A DNA stretch of 49,949 nt from a bacterium. GTDB taxonomy: Bacteria; Patescibacteriota; Minisyncoccia; Phycocordibacterales; UBA5272. A model generated the notes under the pieces. It saw nothing but the letters and a program-made list of their open reading frames with translations, did not search any database and was not told the origin of the DNA. Every line of letters starts with the position of its first letter. Position 1 is the stretch's first letter. The DNA lies in NCBI GenBank assembly GCA_023267555.1, contig JAHFMZ010000002.1:12304-62252 (forward strand). The letters are read 5' to 3'. The position numbers and the translations under genes were made by a program. Positions 35,877-45,116 of this stretch are shown one piece after another.

Positions 35877-38378
35877 CTAGAGTAAATTGAAACTGGCCAC
35901 AGAATCACCCTCACGCAATTTCATAACACGGACGCCTTGTGTATCGCGACCCAACGTAGGAATCGAAGTCAGCTCAGTACGTATCACCTGCGATTGCTTT
36001 GACACCGCGAGCAATTCTGCGATTTCACTTGTCACCACACGCGCAATCATCAACTTGCCGGTTTTTTCAGTCACCTTCACTGTCTTAATGCCACTTCCGC
36101 CACGCTTTTGTATTTTATATTCTGAAAGTTTTGTTTTCTTTCCATATCCATTAGCTGTCAAAATCAAAAGCTCTTGGCCTTTAATTCCTTCTGGCACAAC
36201 ATCGCCAGCAACAATCACGTCACCCTTGTCTAACTTCATACCAATCACTCCCGCAGCGGTGCGTCCCATTTCGCGCACATCATCGTGAGCAAAACGAATT
36301 GATTGTCCACGTTGTGTAGTCAAAATCACGCTATCTTTTCCTTTAACAAATAATGTCGCGAGTAATTCATCTCCATCTTCCAAACGAATCGCAATCAATC
36401 CGTTTCGACGAACATCTTTGAAACTATCTGCTGAAGATTTCTTCACTGTTCCATTTTTCGTAATCATCATCAATGAAATACCCTCTAACTTTCCGCCAGA
36501 GGCGGATCCGCCTCTGGCGGACATTCCCTTTGGCATCGGCAAAATACTTGTCACTTTTTCGCCATCAGAAAGTTGCAAGAAGTTCATAATACTCTTGCCA
36601 CGTGTCGCACGTTTGCCTTCTGGCAAATCATACATCTTAATTTGATAAGCCTTGCCTTTATCAGTAAAGAAAAGCATATCGTTGTGTGTCGAAGTGGTGA
36701 GTGACATAATCACAAAATCTTCTTCTTTGGTATTCATATCCACCACACCCACACCACCACGTTTCTGTGTACGGAATTCATCTGGATCAGTACGCTTCAC
36801 ATATCCGCCCGAAGTATAAACAAGTACTTCTTCACGATCTGCAATCAAATCTTCAGGATTAAATTCTTTCGCGCGATGCTTTACTATTTTTGTACGACGT
36901 TCATCACCATACTTTTCTTTAATCTCGGCAAGCTCGTCTTTAATGATACTCATCATTTTCTTTACCGACGCGAGAATACTTTTTAATTCTTCAATCAAGA
37001 TTTGTACAGCCTTCAAATCATCTTCAATTTTCTTTCTTTCAAGTCCAGCCAATCTTTGCAATTTCATTTCAAGAATTGCTGTTGCTTGTATATCTGAAAA
37101 CTTAAATTGCTTCACCAATTGCGCGTGCGCATCCGGCGTATCTTTTGATTTCTTAATTGTCTTGATGATTTCATCAATGTGATCCAATGCTTTTTTCAAA
37201 CCAAGCAAAATATGTTCTTTCTCAAGAGCACGTTTCAAATCAAATTCGGTGCGAAGACGAACAACTTCTTTGCGATGTCCAATAAATGATTCAAGTGCAC
37301 TTTTGAGTGCAAGAGTTTGAGGCACACCATCAACAAGAGCCACCACGTTGTAATGGAAAGTACTTTCAAGTTCTGTATGTTTGTATAAATAGTTGAGGAC
37401 TTTTTGGGGTTGTGTGCCGGATTTCAAATCTATCACCACACGAATGTCTTTGGTAGATTCATCACGAAGACCTTTAATACCTTCAACTTTTTTCTCACGC
37501 ACCAAATCTGCAATATTTTCTATTAAATTACTTTTTAAAACACGAAACGGAATAGAAGTGATAATAATTTGAAACATTCCGTTTTTTGTTTCAAAAATTT
37601 CTGCTTCACCACGCACCACCACACCACCGCGTCCTGTTGCATACGCAGCACGAATATCGGATTGACCAAAAGCAATTCCACCAAGTGGAAAATCTGGACC
37701 TTTCACGTATTCACACAAATCTTCAGTGGTGGCTTGAGGATTATCAATCAAATGTGTCGTCGCATCAATCACTTCGGTCAAATTGTGTGGTGGAATATTT
37801 GTCGCCATACCCACAGCGATGCCGAGTGTGCCATTCAAAAGAAGATTCGGCACAGCTGTTGGAAGTACGTGTGGTTCTTTTTTACTACCATCATAATTTG
37901 GCACCATTAATACTGTTTCTTTTTCAATGTCACGCATCATCTCCATCGATACTTTGGACATCTTGGCTTCGGTATAACGATACGCCGCTGCGCCATCACC
38001 ATCAATAGAACCAAAGTTACCTTGTCCCATCACAAGTGGATAACGATAAGAAAAATCTTGTGCAGATTTTACCATCGCATCATAAACCGAAGCATCTCCG
38101 TGTGGGTGATAATTACCGAGTACTTCTCCAACAATTGTTGCAGACTTGCGAAACTTTGCCCCTGGTGTGAGCCCCATATTATTCATCGCAAATAAAATAC
38201 GACGATGTACTGGTTTCAAGCCATCACGAGCGTCAGGCAAAGCACGAGAAGTGATAACGCTCATCGCATAATCGAGATATGCCGTACGCATTTCCTCTGC
38301 GATATTTACTGGACGGAGATTTATATGTGGAGCTTTTGGTTCATTCGGTTCTTCGGTAGAAATTGTCTTTTTTGCCAT
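35877..38378 (-). CDS. gyrA: DNA gyrase subunit A
   Basis: 833 aa. Motifs [11 protein letters not shown] and AAAYRYTE (catalytic Tyr region), plus a C-terminal beta-pinwheel repeat region. Confidence 0.95.
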   Translation of the reverse strand: MAKKTISTEEPNEPKAPHINLRPVNIAEEMRTAYLDYAMSVITSRALPDARDGLKPVHRRILFAMNNMGLTPGAKFRKSATIVGEVLGNYHPHGDASVYDAMVKSAQDFSYRYPLVMGQGNFGSIDGDGAAAYRYTEAKMSKVSMEMMRDIEKETVLMVPNYDGSKKEPHVLPTAVPNLLLNGTLGIAVGMATNIPPHNLTEVIDATTHLIDNPQATTEDLCEYVKGPDFPLGGIAFGQSDIRAAYATGRGGVVVRGEAEIFETKNGMFQIIITSIPFRVLKSNLIENIADLVREKKVEGIKGLRDESTKDIRVVIDLKSGTQPQKVLNYLYKHTELESTFHYNVVALVDGVPQTLALKSALESFIGHRKEVVRLRTEFDLKRALEKEHILLGLKKALDHIDEIIKTIKKSKDTPDAHAQLVKQFKFSDIQATAILEMKLQRLAGLERKKIEDDLKAVQILIEELKSILASVKKMMSIIKDELAEIKEKYGDERRTKIVKHRAKEFNPEDLIADREEVLVYTSGGYVKRTDPDEFRTQKRGGVGVVDMNTKEEDFVIMSLTTSTHNDMLFFTDKGKAYQIKMYDLPEGKRATRGKSIMNFLQLSDGEKVTSILPMPKGMSARGGSASGGKLEGISLMMITKNGTVKKSSADSFKDVRRNGLIAIRLEDGDELLATLFVKGKDSVILTTQRGQSIRFAHDDVREMGRTAAGVIGMKLDKGDVIVAGDVVPEGIKGQELLILTANGYGKKTKLSEYKIQKRGGSGIKTVKVTEKTGKLMIARVVTSEIAELLAVSKQSQVIRTELTSIPTLGRDTQGVRVMKLREGDSVASFNLL

Positions 38379-38452
38379 AAAATTAGCGATTGATTATCCT
38401 TTGATTATATCATAAATAGACCTAAAATGCTAGGTTTTAAGTTAAAGTAAAA

Positions 38453-38773
38453 CTATCTTGTGTATGTCTCTTTTCCTTCCAAAAGAGAAGATCCTTTAGT
38501 GCCAATACTTCCAAATTGTGTGTGGGCTTCATCCCAAAAACGCGATAACATTTCACCGAGCGACTCCGACTCAACTTTAGGATTAGTAACTGTTTCCGAA
38601 ATCACTAAATCATCTGATCTTTGATATTTTTCGTGCCAAAATCCATAATCGGTATACAAAATAATTACAGCAATAAGCGCAGTAATAGATCCTGCAAAAA
38701 CAATAGCGTGCATATGTTGCATATGTTTCGGCTGTTTACGCATATAACGAATGTATCCTTTCAGAGTTCTCAT
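38453..38773 (-). CDS. Membrane-anchored hypothetical protein
   Basis: 106 aa with one TM helix (AIVFAGSITALIAVIILY). TATACT lies 6 nt upstream of the ATG. Confidence 0.5.
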   Translation of the reverse strand: MRTLKGYIRYMRKQPKHMQHMHAIVFAGSITALIAVIILYTDYGFWHEKYQRSDDLVISETVTNPKVESESLGEMLSRFWDEAHTQFGSIGTKGSSLLEGKETYTR

Positions 38774-38817
38774 AAACCTAGTATACCTTAGACAACTAAT
38801 AGTTAAGAGCTAGGAGT

Positions 38818-39453
38818 TTAGAGCTCTACAAACAAGACGACTTCGCCTAACTTCGCATCTAGATCTTTTTTCTTAATCGTAAGTTTTTCCACTGGTTCAA
38901 CTTTTTCGGCACCAGCTTCTTTCAAAAATATTGGCAAAGTTCTTTCGTCATAATCCATTGGAACAACAATATGTGGCTCAAGAGAAACAGTTACCTTTTC
39001 TGCATCGTATGGATTAAGAGTTGTATCATCCCCACCAACTGGAACAAATAAAATATCTGTCTCGTCAATAATTTCTTTATGTTGTGGTTCTAATTTTTGA
39101 TGAAGCGCTCCCAAAAAAGTAATTTTTATTCCATCAAAAGTAAAACAATAAGTTGTGTTTTGATATTTCTTTTTACTCTTTCCATCCATCAATTCCACCT
39201 CTGTATTAAAACCTTTAATAAAAATACCCGCCACTTCATATTCACCAGCACCTTTAATCACAAAAGGAACTTTATCTCCGTGAGTTACTTGATCCACACC
39301 GTTATAATCTGGATGATTTGTTGTAATCAAACAAACATCAGCGCCATATTTAACAACCTTCCCTTTCCCATCCTTTGAAACTGGATTGATAGCAAAAGTC
39401 AAATCTCCCACTTGCAATTTAAAATGTTGCCTTCCGAAATTAGTAATAATCAT
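38818..39453 (-). CDS. MBL-fold hydrolase-like protein with a degenerate metal motif
   Basis: 211 aa. UPF0173-like beginning (IITNFGRQHFKLQ..FAINP). NHPDYNG occupies the position where HxHxDH is expected. Confidence 0.5.
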   Translation of the reverse strand: MIITNFGRQHFKLQVGDLTFAINPVSKDGKGKVVKYGADVCLITTNHPDYNGVDQVTHGDKVPFVIKGAGEYEVAGIFIKGFNTEVELMDGKSKKKYQNTTYCFTFDGIKITFLGALHQKLEPQHKEIIDETDILFVPVGGDDTTLNPYDAEKVTVSLEPHIVVPMDYDERTLPIFLKEAGAEKVEPVEKLTIKKKDLDAKLGEVVLFVEL

Positions 39454-39494
39454 CCCGTGATTCTACCATATTTTAATAAAAACAAAAAAATAAC

Positions 39495-39522
39495 TTGACA
39501 AAATCTATATTTCGTGTATAAT
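39495..39522 (+). promoter_or_regulatory. Near-consensus sigma-70 type promoter
   Basis: TTGACA (39495..39500), 16 nt spacer, TATAAT (39517..39522). Confidence 0.7.
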
Positions 39523-39529
39523 AAAGTAT

Positions 39530-39930
39530 AAGACTTTGTAGTTCCTTTCAACGTTGACTAAAGGGGGTTTGCGATGCCGAAAATAATTCGTTATATAATA
39601 CAACGAGAAGAGAGTGGTCGTTTTTGCACTCTGGCAGAAGAAGTCCCATTCTACGACTTTCTGTCGTCCGGTGGTAAAAAGCCTGTGAAGAAGTCCAAAG
39701 CTCACAGCAAGCCAGACCAAGTCTGCATCGGCAGGCAATGCTCCTGCAAGAAAATGCACTTCGGTCCGCACAACGGAAAAGAAGACGAATTGCGCACTTC
39801 GTATAAGCGCGGACGCAACGACCACTACAAGAATCATCGGCAACAGCGGCCTATTATCGAAATAACAGCCTAACAAGACAACGGCCGAAATCAAAACCAC
39901 CTAACGACGCGAGTCGCTGGTGGTTTTTTT
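39530..39930 (+). other. Self-contained transcription unit: candidate roughly 400-nt structured RNA or 99-aa basic protein (39574..39873)
   Basis: Flanked by a strong promoter and a strong terminator. GC-richer than its surroundings. A 131-aa antisense ORF covers the same stretch. AAGGGGG lies 6 nt before ATG 39574. Confidence 0.4.
39893..39930 (+). terminator. Strong intrinsic terminator
   Basis: AAAACCACC-TAA-CGAC-GCGA-GTCG-C-TGGTGG followed by TTTTTTT. Confidence 0.8.
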
Positions 39931-39935
39931 ATTTC

Positions 39936-40084
39936 TTGCTTCTTCTTTATAATTATTGTAGTATTAAATCTATTCTATTTAATAGAAAACGATTTGGCGT
40001 AATCCCCGACTATGTGAAGACATCAATAGACGGACCACCAAACCGACGTGGAATATCCCACTTCGTGTGGGAATTTATTTTTTT
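39936..40084 (+). promoter_or_regulatory. Promoter plus roughly 115-nt leader with a terminator-like hairpin directly before the S1 start codon
   Basis: TTGCTT-N17-TAGTAT (39936..39964). TCCCAC-TTCGT-GTGGGA (40056..40072) is followed by ATTTATTTTTTT and then ATG 40085. Confidence 0.45.
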
Positions 40085-41158
40085 ATGACAACAACAGAAC
40101 AAGTTATCGCACCGTTTGCAGAAGGTGCTGTGCTATTTAAAGAAGAAGACATCGTAGAAGGTGTCGTCGTTGCTATTGAAAAGGCAGCGCTTTATGTCGA
40201 CCTCGGGGCATCAGGAACTGGTATCATTTTTGGTATCGAGTTTATGAATGCTCGTGATGTTATCAAGCGTATCAATATTGGTGATGCTATTTCTGCCAAG
40301 ATTGTTCTTCGCGAAAATGCTGATGGCTATGTCGAACTTTCTCTCAAGGAAGCCCGACAAGCTCTTATGTGGAATGATGCAGAACAAGCTATTAAAGAAA
40401 AGCGTGTTATGGATCTCATCGTAAAAGACGCCAACAAAGGTGGTCTTATTATCGAATGGCAAGGTATGGCTGGTTTCCTCCCTGCTTCACAATTGAAAGA
40501 AGAAAACTATCCTCGTATTGAAGATGGTGATAAAGATAAAATACTTCGTGAACTTAAGAAACTTATCGGCAAGCGTATTCCAGTAAGTATCATTAGTGCT
40601 ATTCCAAAAGAAGGAAAACTTATTTTCTCTGAAAAAGATGGTGGCACAAAAGAAACAAAGGAGGTCGCTATGGGTAATTACATTATTGGTGAGGAAGTCG
40701 AAGGAACAGTCACCGGTGTAGTTGATTTCGGTATCTTCATCAAATTGGAAGACGGTGTCGAAGGACTCGTGCACAAGAGTGAAATCGCTTGGGGTCTCAT
40801 CGAAGACACTCGTTCTCACGCTCGTGTCGGAGAAAAAGTTCGTGCCAAAATTATTGAAGTAAAAGATGGCAAGATTTCACTATCACTCAAAGCTCTCAAA
40901 GAAAATCCTTGGAAAGAAGCAGCTAAGAAATATAAAAAGGGTGATGAAATAAATGGTGTTGTTATCAAATTCAACAAACACGGCGCACTTGTATCTATTG
41001 AAGAAGGTGTAGCTGGACTTGTACACGTTTCTGATTTTGGAGATGAAACAAAGCTTCGCGAAGCTCTCTCACTCGGAAAGAGTTACAAGTTTACTATCAC
41101 TCTCTTTGATGCAAATGAAGAAAGAATGACTCTTGCATACGGAGAAGTAAAGAAATAA
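40085..41158 (+). CDS. rpsA: Ribosomal protein S1-like protein (four S1 domains)
   Basis: 357 aa from ATG 40085. Repeated S1/OB motifs (G.V..I...G..V.L..G..G..H.SE). Confidence 0.8.
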   Translation: MTTTEQVIAPFAEGAVLFKEEDIVEGVVVAIEKAALYVDLGASGTGIIFGIEFMNARDVIKRINIGDAISAKIVLRENADGYVELSLKEARQALMWNDAEQAIKEKRVMDLIVKDANKGGLIIEWQGMAGFLPASQLKEENYPRIEDGDKDKILRELKKLIGKRIPVSIISAIPKEGKLIFSEKDGGTKETKEVAMGNYIIGEEVEGTVTGVVDFGIFIKLEDGVEGLVHKSEIAWGLIEDTRSHARVGEKVRAKIIEVKDGKISLSLKALKENPWKEAAKKYKKGDEINGVVIKFNKHGALVSIEEGVAGLVHVSDFGDETKLREALSLGKSYKFTITLFDANEERMTLAYGEVKK

Positions 41159-41169
41159 AACAATTTAAA

Positions 41170-41208
41170 AAATAAATAGCGCAACCCTTCGGGTTGCGCT
41201 ATTTATTT
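41170..41208. terminator. Bidirectional hairpin terminator
   Basis: AAATAAATAGCGCAACCC-TTCG-GGTTGCGCTATTTATTT. Confidence 0.75.
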
Positions 41209-41253
41209 TTAATATTAAAACAAAACACCCTCCACGCAATTTGCGCAGAGGGT

Positions 41254-41439
41254 TTATTTCTTTGTACCTATTTTATATTCAACTTCTTTCCACTTAATTA
41301 CACCGAAAGCCATTATCGAATCATCATCTGCTTTCGCGAGAAAAAATTCAGTACCGGACAATTCTTGCGGAAGCGACTCATCCCCTTCGTATTTAAGGAG
41401 CTTTTCAGCTGCATTTATCAAGTATTGTGCGATTTCCAT
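41254..41439 (-). CDS. Small acidic hypothetical protein
   Basis: 61 aa (MEIAQYLINAAEKLLKYEGDESLPQELSGTEFFLAKADDDSIMAFGVIKWKEVEYKIGTKK). Has its own consensus promoter and shares a terminator. Confidence 0.55.
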   Translation of the reverse strand: MEIAQYLINAAEKLLKYEGDESLPQELSGTEFFLAKADDDSIMAFGVIKWKEVEYKIGTKK

Positions 41440-41469
41440 AATATTGCTTTCAAAGTTGAATCAAACTTA

Positions 41470-41498
41470 ATTATATAATATTTATCAATATATGTCAA
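41470..41498 (-). promoter_or_regulatory. Consensus sigma-70 type promoter for the 61-aa gene
   Basis: Minus strand: TTGACA (41498..41493), 17 nt spacer, TATAAT (41475..41470). The -35 box overlaps the kinase stop codon. Confidence 0.7.
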
Positions 41499-42319
41499 GC
41501 TATTTTAGCAAACAATGCTCTAATTGCGCCTTCCGCTGTAGGCACGTCAGAATTTTCTGATAAATCTGTAGAACTATCTCCTATCTCAATACGTTTTGCT
41601 CTTCCAAAATCAATGACATACCAATTACCATCTCTATCCACCATAATATTTCTCGCCGTTAGATCACGATGAACCAATTTCTTTTCTTTATGCATCTGCA
41701 AAATAAAATTCCTGATTCTAGAAAGAACATCTTTCATATCTTGTTTCCTTATAACATCCAAATAATCTATTGATTCTGGTTTCTCAGTAATAAGATTAAT
41801 AGATTTTCCATCTATTTTTTCCATACCAAAACAAGTGCCGAAATCCGATGTATGATAAAAAAGTAAATTAGGAACTCGTATACCATCAACAACATAACCC
41901 TGCATATCATTTAAATACTGGGCTTCTTCTCTAAAATTATTCCCGTGCTCTTTAGCCATAGAAGGATTCACAAGATATTTTACACAAACGTGAGGAGCTT
42001 CTGGAAGCTGATACACTTCTGCAACTGATCCATTACCAACAAAAAGACTGGGATTACCAAAAGACCCTTCTATTGTTTTTAATGCCAATCTCACTTCTTC
42101 TTTAAGTTTTAAATCTTCTATTTTATTAAGTTCGGTAAATATAGTTTCTTTAGCAATAGCTCTGTCACTCAAAACTCTTCTTATTAATAAAATAGCATCA
42201 TCAATATCGATGCCTTCTGTTTTCTTTTCCCATCTTTCTTGTAACTCTTTTGGAAGTTGAGAAAGCAAACGCATTAATTCATCGTCCTTATCTTGCGCTA
42301 GTGGAGAGTATTCATTCAT
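41495..42319 (-). CDS. Minimal (atypical) protein kinase-like protein
   Basis: 274 aa. Gly loop VGNGSVAEVY, Lys in VCVKY, catalytic loop VHRDLTARNIMV, then IDFGRAK. Only about 35 aa follow the DFG. Confidence 0.75.
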   Translation of the reverse strand: MNEYSPLAQDKDDELMRLLSQLPKELQERWEKKTEGIDIDDAILLIRRVLSDRAIAKETIFTELNKIEDLKLKEEVRLALKTIEGSFGNPSLFVGNGSVAEVYQLPEAPHVCVKYLVNPSMAKEHGNNFREEAQYLNDMQGYVVDGIRVPNLLFYHTSDFGTCFGMEKIDGKSINLITEKPESIDYLDVIRKQDMKDVLSRIRNFILQMHKEKKLVHRDLTARNIMVDRDGNWYVIDFGRAKRIEIGDSSTDLSENSDVPTAEGAIRALFAKIA

Positions 42320-42849
42320 TTTCCATTATATTTATCCATCGCCTTCTGATATCCGTCTTCTGTAATCACTTTAATCGCCCCGAGAACATTTGCCGAGATG
42401 GCTCGTAAATCTTCTTCTTCATCTTCACGAATTTTCCCCATCACATAATCTTGTATGGCCTCTCCTGCTGGAGGTGTAACATTACCCACTTCATCTTTTG
42501 GTGCAATACCGATACGAATACGAATAAAATCTTTCGCCCCAAGCGATGCAATAATACTTTCCACTCCATTATGTCCAGCGCTGCCTCTATCAAAAGAAAT
42601 TCTAAAAGTTCTACTTGGTAAATCTTTATCATCGTGTATAACCACAAGTTCACGTCCTTCGTGATAACGCATATAATCACTCACCGCTTTTCCACTTTCA
42701 TTCATATAAGTTTCTGGAACAAAAATTTCGCAACCAGAAAGCAATTTTATATCGTCCGAAATCATATCAATAACAATACGCGCCACATTGTGACGAGTAC
42801 GAGAATATTTCTCACCAGGATTACCAAGTGGTACAAGAGTATAAATCAT
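42316..42849 (-). CDS. pth: Peptidyl-tRNA hydrolase
   Basis: 177 aa. Motifs LGNPGEKYSRTRHNVA and AGHNGVESI. Confidence 0.9.
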   Translation of the reverse strand: MIYTLVPLGNPGEKYSRTRHNVARIVIDMISDDIKLLSGCEIFVPETYMNESGKAVSDYMRYHEGRELVVIHDDKDLPSRTFRISFDRGSAGHNGVESIIASLGAKDFIRIRIGIAPKDEVGNVTPPAGEAIQDYVMGKIREDEEEDLRAISANVLGAIKVITEDGYQKAMDKYNGK

Positions 42850-42951
42850 ATTAGTATGAGTGTATCATCCATAAAGCAAACAGCAATAAGTAAAAAATAA
42901 TTAAAAAATCTTTTGTTGCACGACAACAAATGAAACTATATACTAAAAATA

Positions 42952-43680
42952 ATGTTATCTTCTGTATACACTTCTTTTGCCTCGTCACTTAGTGATATGT
43001 CACAAAATCCTGTCTCGGTATTTATCTTTGGAACACTAGTGCTCTTGATAGCTGCCCTTTTTATCGCAACGATGTCCCCATCTTGGCGTAATGCTTTGGT
43101 AAAAATAAGATTACTTGAAAGAGATGAGTCACCGACCTCACTTTTAACTTGGATTATTGGAATAATTATTTTAGTGAAACTAATACAAGGCTTTCTTATA
43201 CAGCCGTTCATTGTAGACGGTGGATCAATGCTTCCAACTTATCACAATCAAGAGTTTCTTTTAGTAGACAAATTTTCATATTTAATCGGCAAACCTCATC
43301 GTGGTGACGTTATGATATTCAAATTATACGAAGGAGAAACAAATCCTTATAACGGAAAATATTTAATCAAAAGAGTTATCGGACTTCCGGGTGAACACAT
43401 TGTAGTGAGAAATGGTGTAACAATAATATACAACAAAGATTATCCAAATGGTTTTACTGTTGAAGAATCATTTGTGGCATACAAAGACATACAAAAAAAT
43501 GCCGATGTCACATTGGATGATCACCATTATTTTATGATGGGAGACAATCGCACACAAAGCTATGATAGTCGTGATTGGGGACCATTAGATAGTGCAAACA
43601 TTAGGGGGCAAGTTTTATTCCGAATATTCCCACTATCAAAATTATCATACGAACCAGGCCAGTATAAATATGATAAATAA
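42952..43680 (+). CDS. lepB: Signal peptidase I
   Basis: 242 aa. Motifs GGSMLPT, KRVIGLPGE and GDNRTQSYDSR. TTGCAC-N17-TATACT promoter 7 nt upstream. Confidence 0.85.
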   Translation: MLSSVYTSFASSLSDMSQNPVSVFIFGTLVLLIAALFIATMSPSWRNALVKIRLLERDESPTSLLTWIIGIIILVKLIQGFLIQPFIVDGGSMLPTYHNQEFLLVDKFSYLIGKPHRGDVMIFKLYEGETNPYNGKYLIKRVIGLPGEHIVVRNGVTIIYNKDYPNGFTVEESFVAYKDIQKNADVTLDDHHYFMMGDNRTQSYDSRDWGPLDSANIRGQVLFRIFPLSKLSYEPGQYKYDK

Positions 43681-43699
43681 TCTCAAATAACCGAAATTT

Positions 43700-45013
43700 A
43701 TGAACGATGAAACAAAAAAAGAAATAGAAAAGAAAGAAGTCCTGATGTCACTCAAAGGAATGGATGATTTAATTGATGAAACATATTATGCACATCAAGG
43801 CCTATTTGAAAAAGCACAAGAAGTCGCTATGTATTATGGATTCAAACCAATAGAAACACCAATCTTGGAACACGAGGAAGTTTTCGTCTCGGCTATTGGT
43901 GAAGGAACAGACATTATAGATAAAGAAATGTATACATTACGCACAAAAGGTGGCGACAAACTCGCGATGCGTCCAGAATATACAGCTGGAGTGATGCGTG
44001 CATATTTGGAACACGGAATGCAAACACTTCCTCAACCAGTGATGTTGTATTCTTATGGTCAAACATTCAGACACGACAAACCTCAACGTGGTCGTTGGCG
44101 ACAATTCAGACAATTTAATCTTGAAATTTTGGGTACAAGCAAATCTATCGCTGACGCTCTCATCATCAGAACATTAATGACTATTCTTGAAGAATATGGT
44201 TTTAAAGATTTGATTATTGATATTAATTCAATGGGAGATAAAGAAACTCGCCCGGCTTTTGTTAAAGAATTAACTAATTATTATAAAAAACACTTAGAAA
44301 CACTTTGCAAAGACTGTCACGAACGTATAAAAAATAATCCACTTCGCCTTTTGGATTGCAAACAACCACAATGCCAGCCACTCAAAGAAAATGCTCCTTC
44401 ATCGCTTTCTTTCTTATCGAATGATGCTCGTCATCACTTTACCGAAGTACTTCAATATCTGGAAGAGATGGGAATACCTTATCGCGTTAATAATTCTCTT
44501 GTTCGTGGACAGAGTTATTACACACGCACAGTATTTGAAGTAATCAAAACAGACGTTGGTGAAGATGGAAAAGAAAAAGAAATCACAATTACCGGAGGAG
44601 GTCGCTATGACAATCTCGCAAAAATGATGGGTAGCAAAAAAGATGTACCTGCTGTCGGATCAGGACTCAGTATGGAAAGAATAATGATGTTCCCAGAATG
44701 TAAAAGTATTGCACCAAGAATAATGAAAGCACCAAAAGTATATTTCATTCAACTTGGATTCGAAGCTAAACTAAAAAGTTTATGTGTCATAGAAGTGCTT
44801 CGTAAAGCAAAAATTCCTGTACATCAATCATTGTCAAAAGATTCTCTTGGTCTTCAACTTTCAATGGCGGAGAAAATGAAAATCCCATTCTGTGTAATTT
44901 TCGGACAAAAGGAAGCCATAGATAACACAGTGATTGTTCGTAATATGGAAACCCGTTCCCAAGATACTGTGAAAATTGATGCCTTGTCGGATTATATAAA
45001 ACATTTGAAGTAA
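43700..45013 (+). CDS. hisS: Histidine--tRNA ligase
   Basis: 437 aa. Class II motifs (MRPEYTAGVMR, FRHDKPQRGRWRQFRQ, GGGRYDNL). Confidence 0.9.
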   Translation: MNDETKKEIEKKEVLMSLKGMDDLIDETYYAHQGLFEKAQEVAMYYGFKPIETPILEHEEVFVSAIGEGTDIIDKEMYTLRTKGGDKLAMRPEYTAGVMRAYLEHGMQTLPQPVMLYSYGQTFRHDKPQRGRWRQFRQFNLEILGTSKSIADALIIRTLMTILEEYGFKDLIIDINSMGDKETRPAFVKELTNYYKKHLETLCKDCHERIKNNPLRLLDCKQPQCQPLKENAPSSLSFLSNDARHHFTEVLQYLEEMGIPYRVNNSLVRGQSYYTRTVFEVIKTDVGEDGKEKEITITGGGRYDNLAKMMGSKKDVPAVGSGLSMERIMMFPECKSIAPRIMKAPKVYFIQLGFEAKLKSLCVIEVLRKAKIPVHQSLSKDSLGLQLSMAEKMKIPFCVIFGQKEAIDNTVIVRNMETRSQDTVKIDALSDYIKHLK

Positions 45014-45016
45014 TTA

Positions 45017-45046
45017 AATAAGCGCGACCGTAGGTCGCGCTTATTT
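45017..45046. terminator. Bidirectional hairpin terminator
   Basis: AAATAAGCGCGACC-GTA-GGTCGCGCTTATTT. Confidence 0.7.
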
Positions 45047-45116
45047 AATTTTACATTTACAAATCTAAAGAGTAGTATGTGCTAGAACCTTAACGTTGAA
45101 CTGAAAGGAAAGCCCC

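Noticed and set aside
39530-39930. RNase P RNA, tmRNA or SRP RNA assignment for the GC-rich islands at 39530..39930 and 12380..12675.
   Set aside because: I checked by eye for each signature:
- RNase P CR-I (G-N-A-A-N-N-U-C-N-G-N-G) is one nucleotide short at both GAAGAAGTCC sites, and there is no complementary P4 3' strand or ACAGAA..GGCUUA box.
- tmRNA was rejected because there is no GGGG...UUCGAC 5' end and no T-arm plus CCA 3' end.
- SRP RNA was rejected because the GGUCCGGAAGGAAGCAGC-type helix 8 motif is missing.

The class is left open rather than named.
41194-41478. 94-aa plus-strand ORF overlapping the 61-aa minus-strand gene.
   Set aside because: It begins inside the bidirectional terminator hairpin and has no -10 box or SD. 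The minus-strand ORF has a consensus promoter and a terminator.
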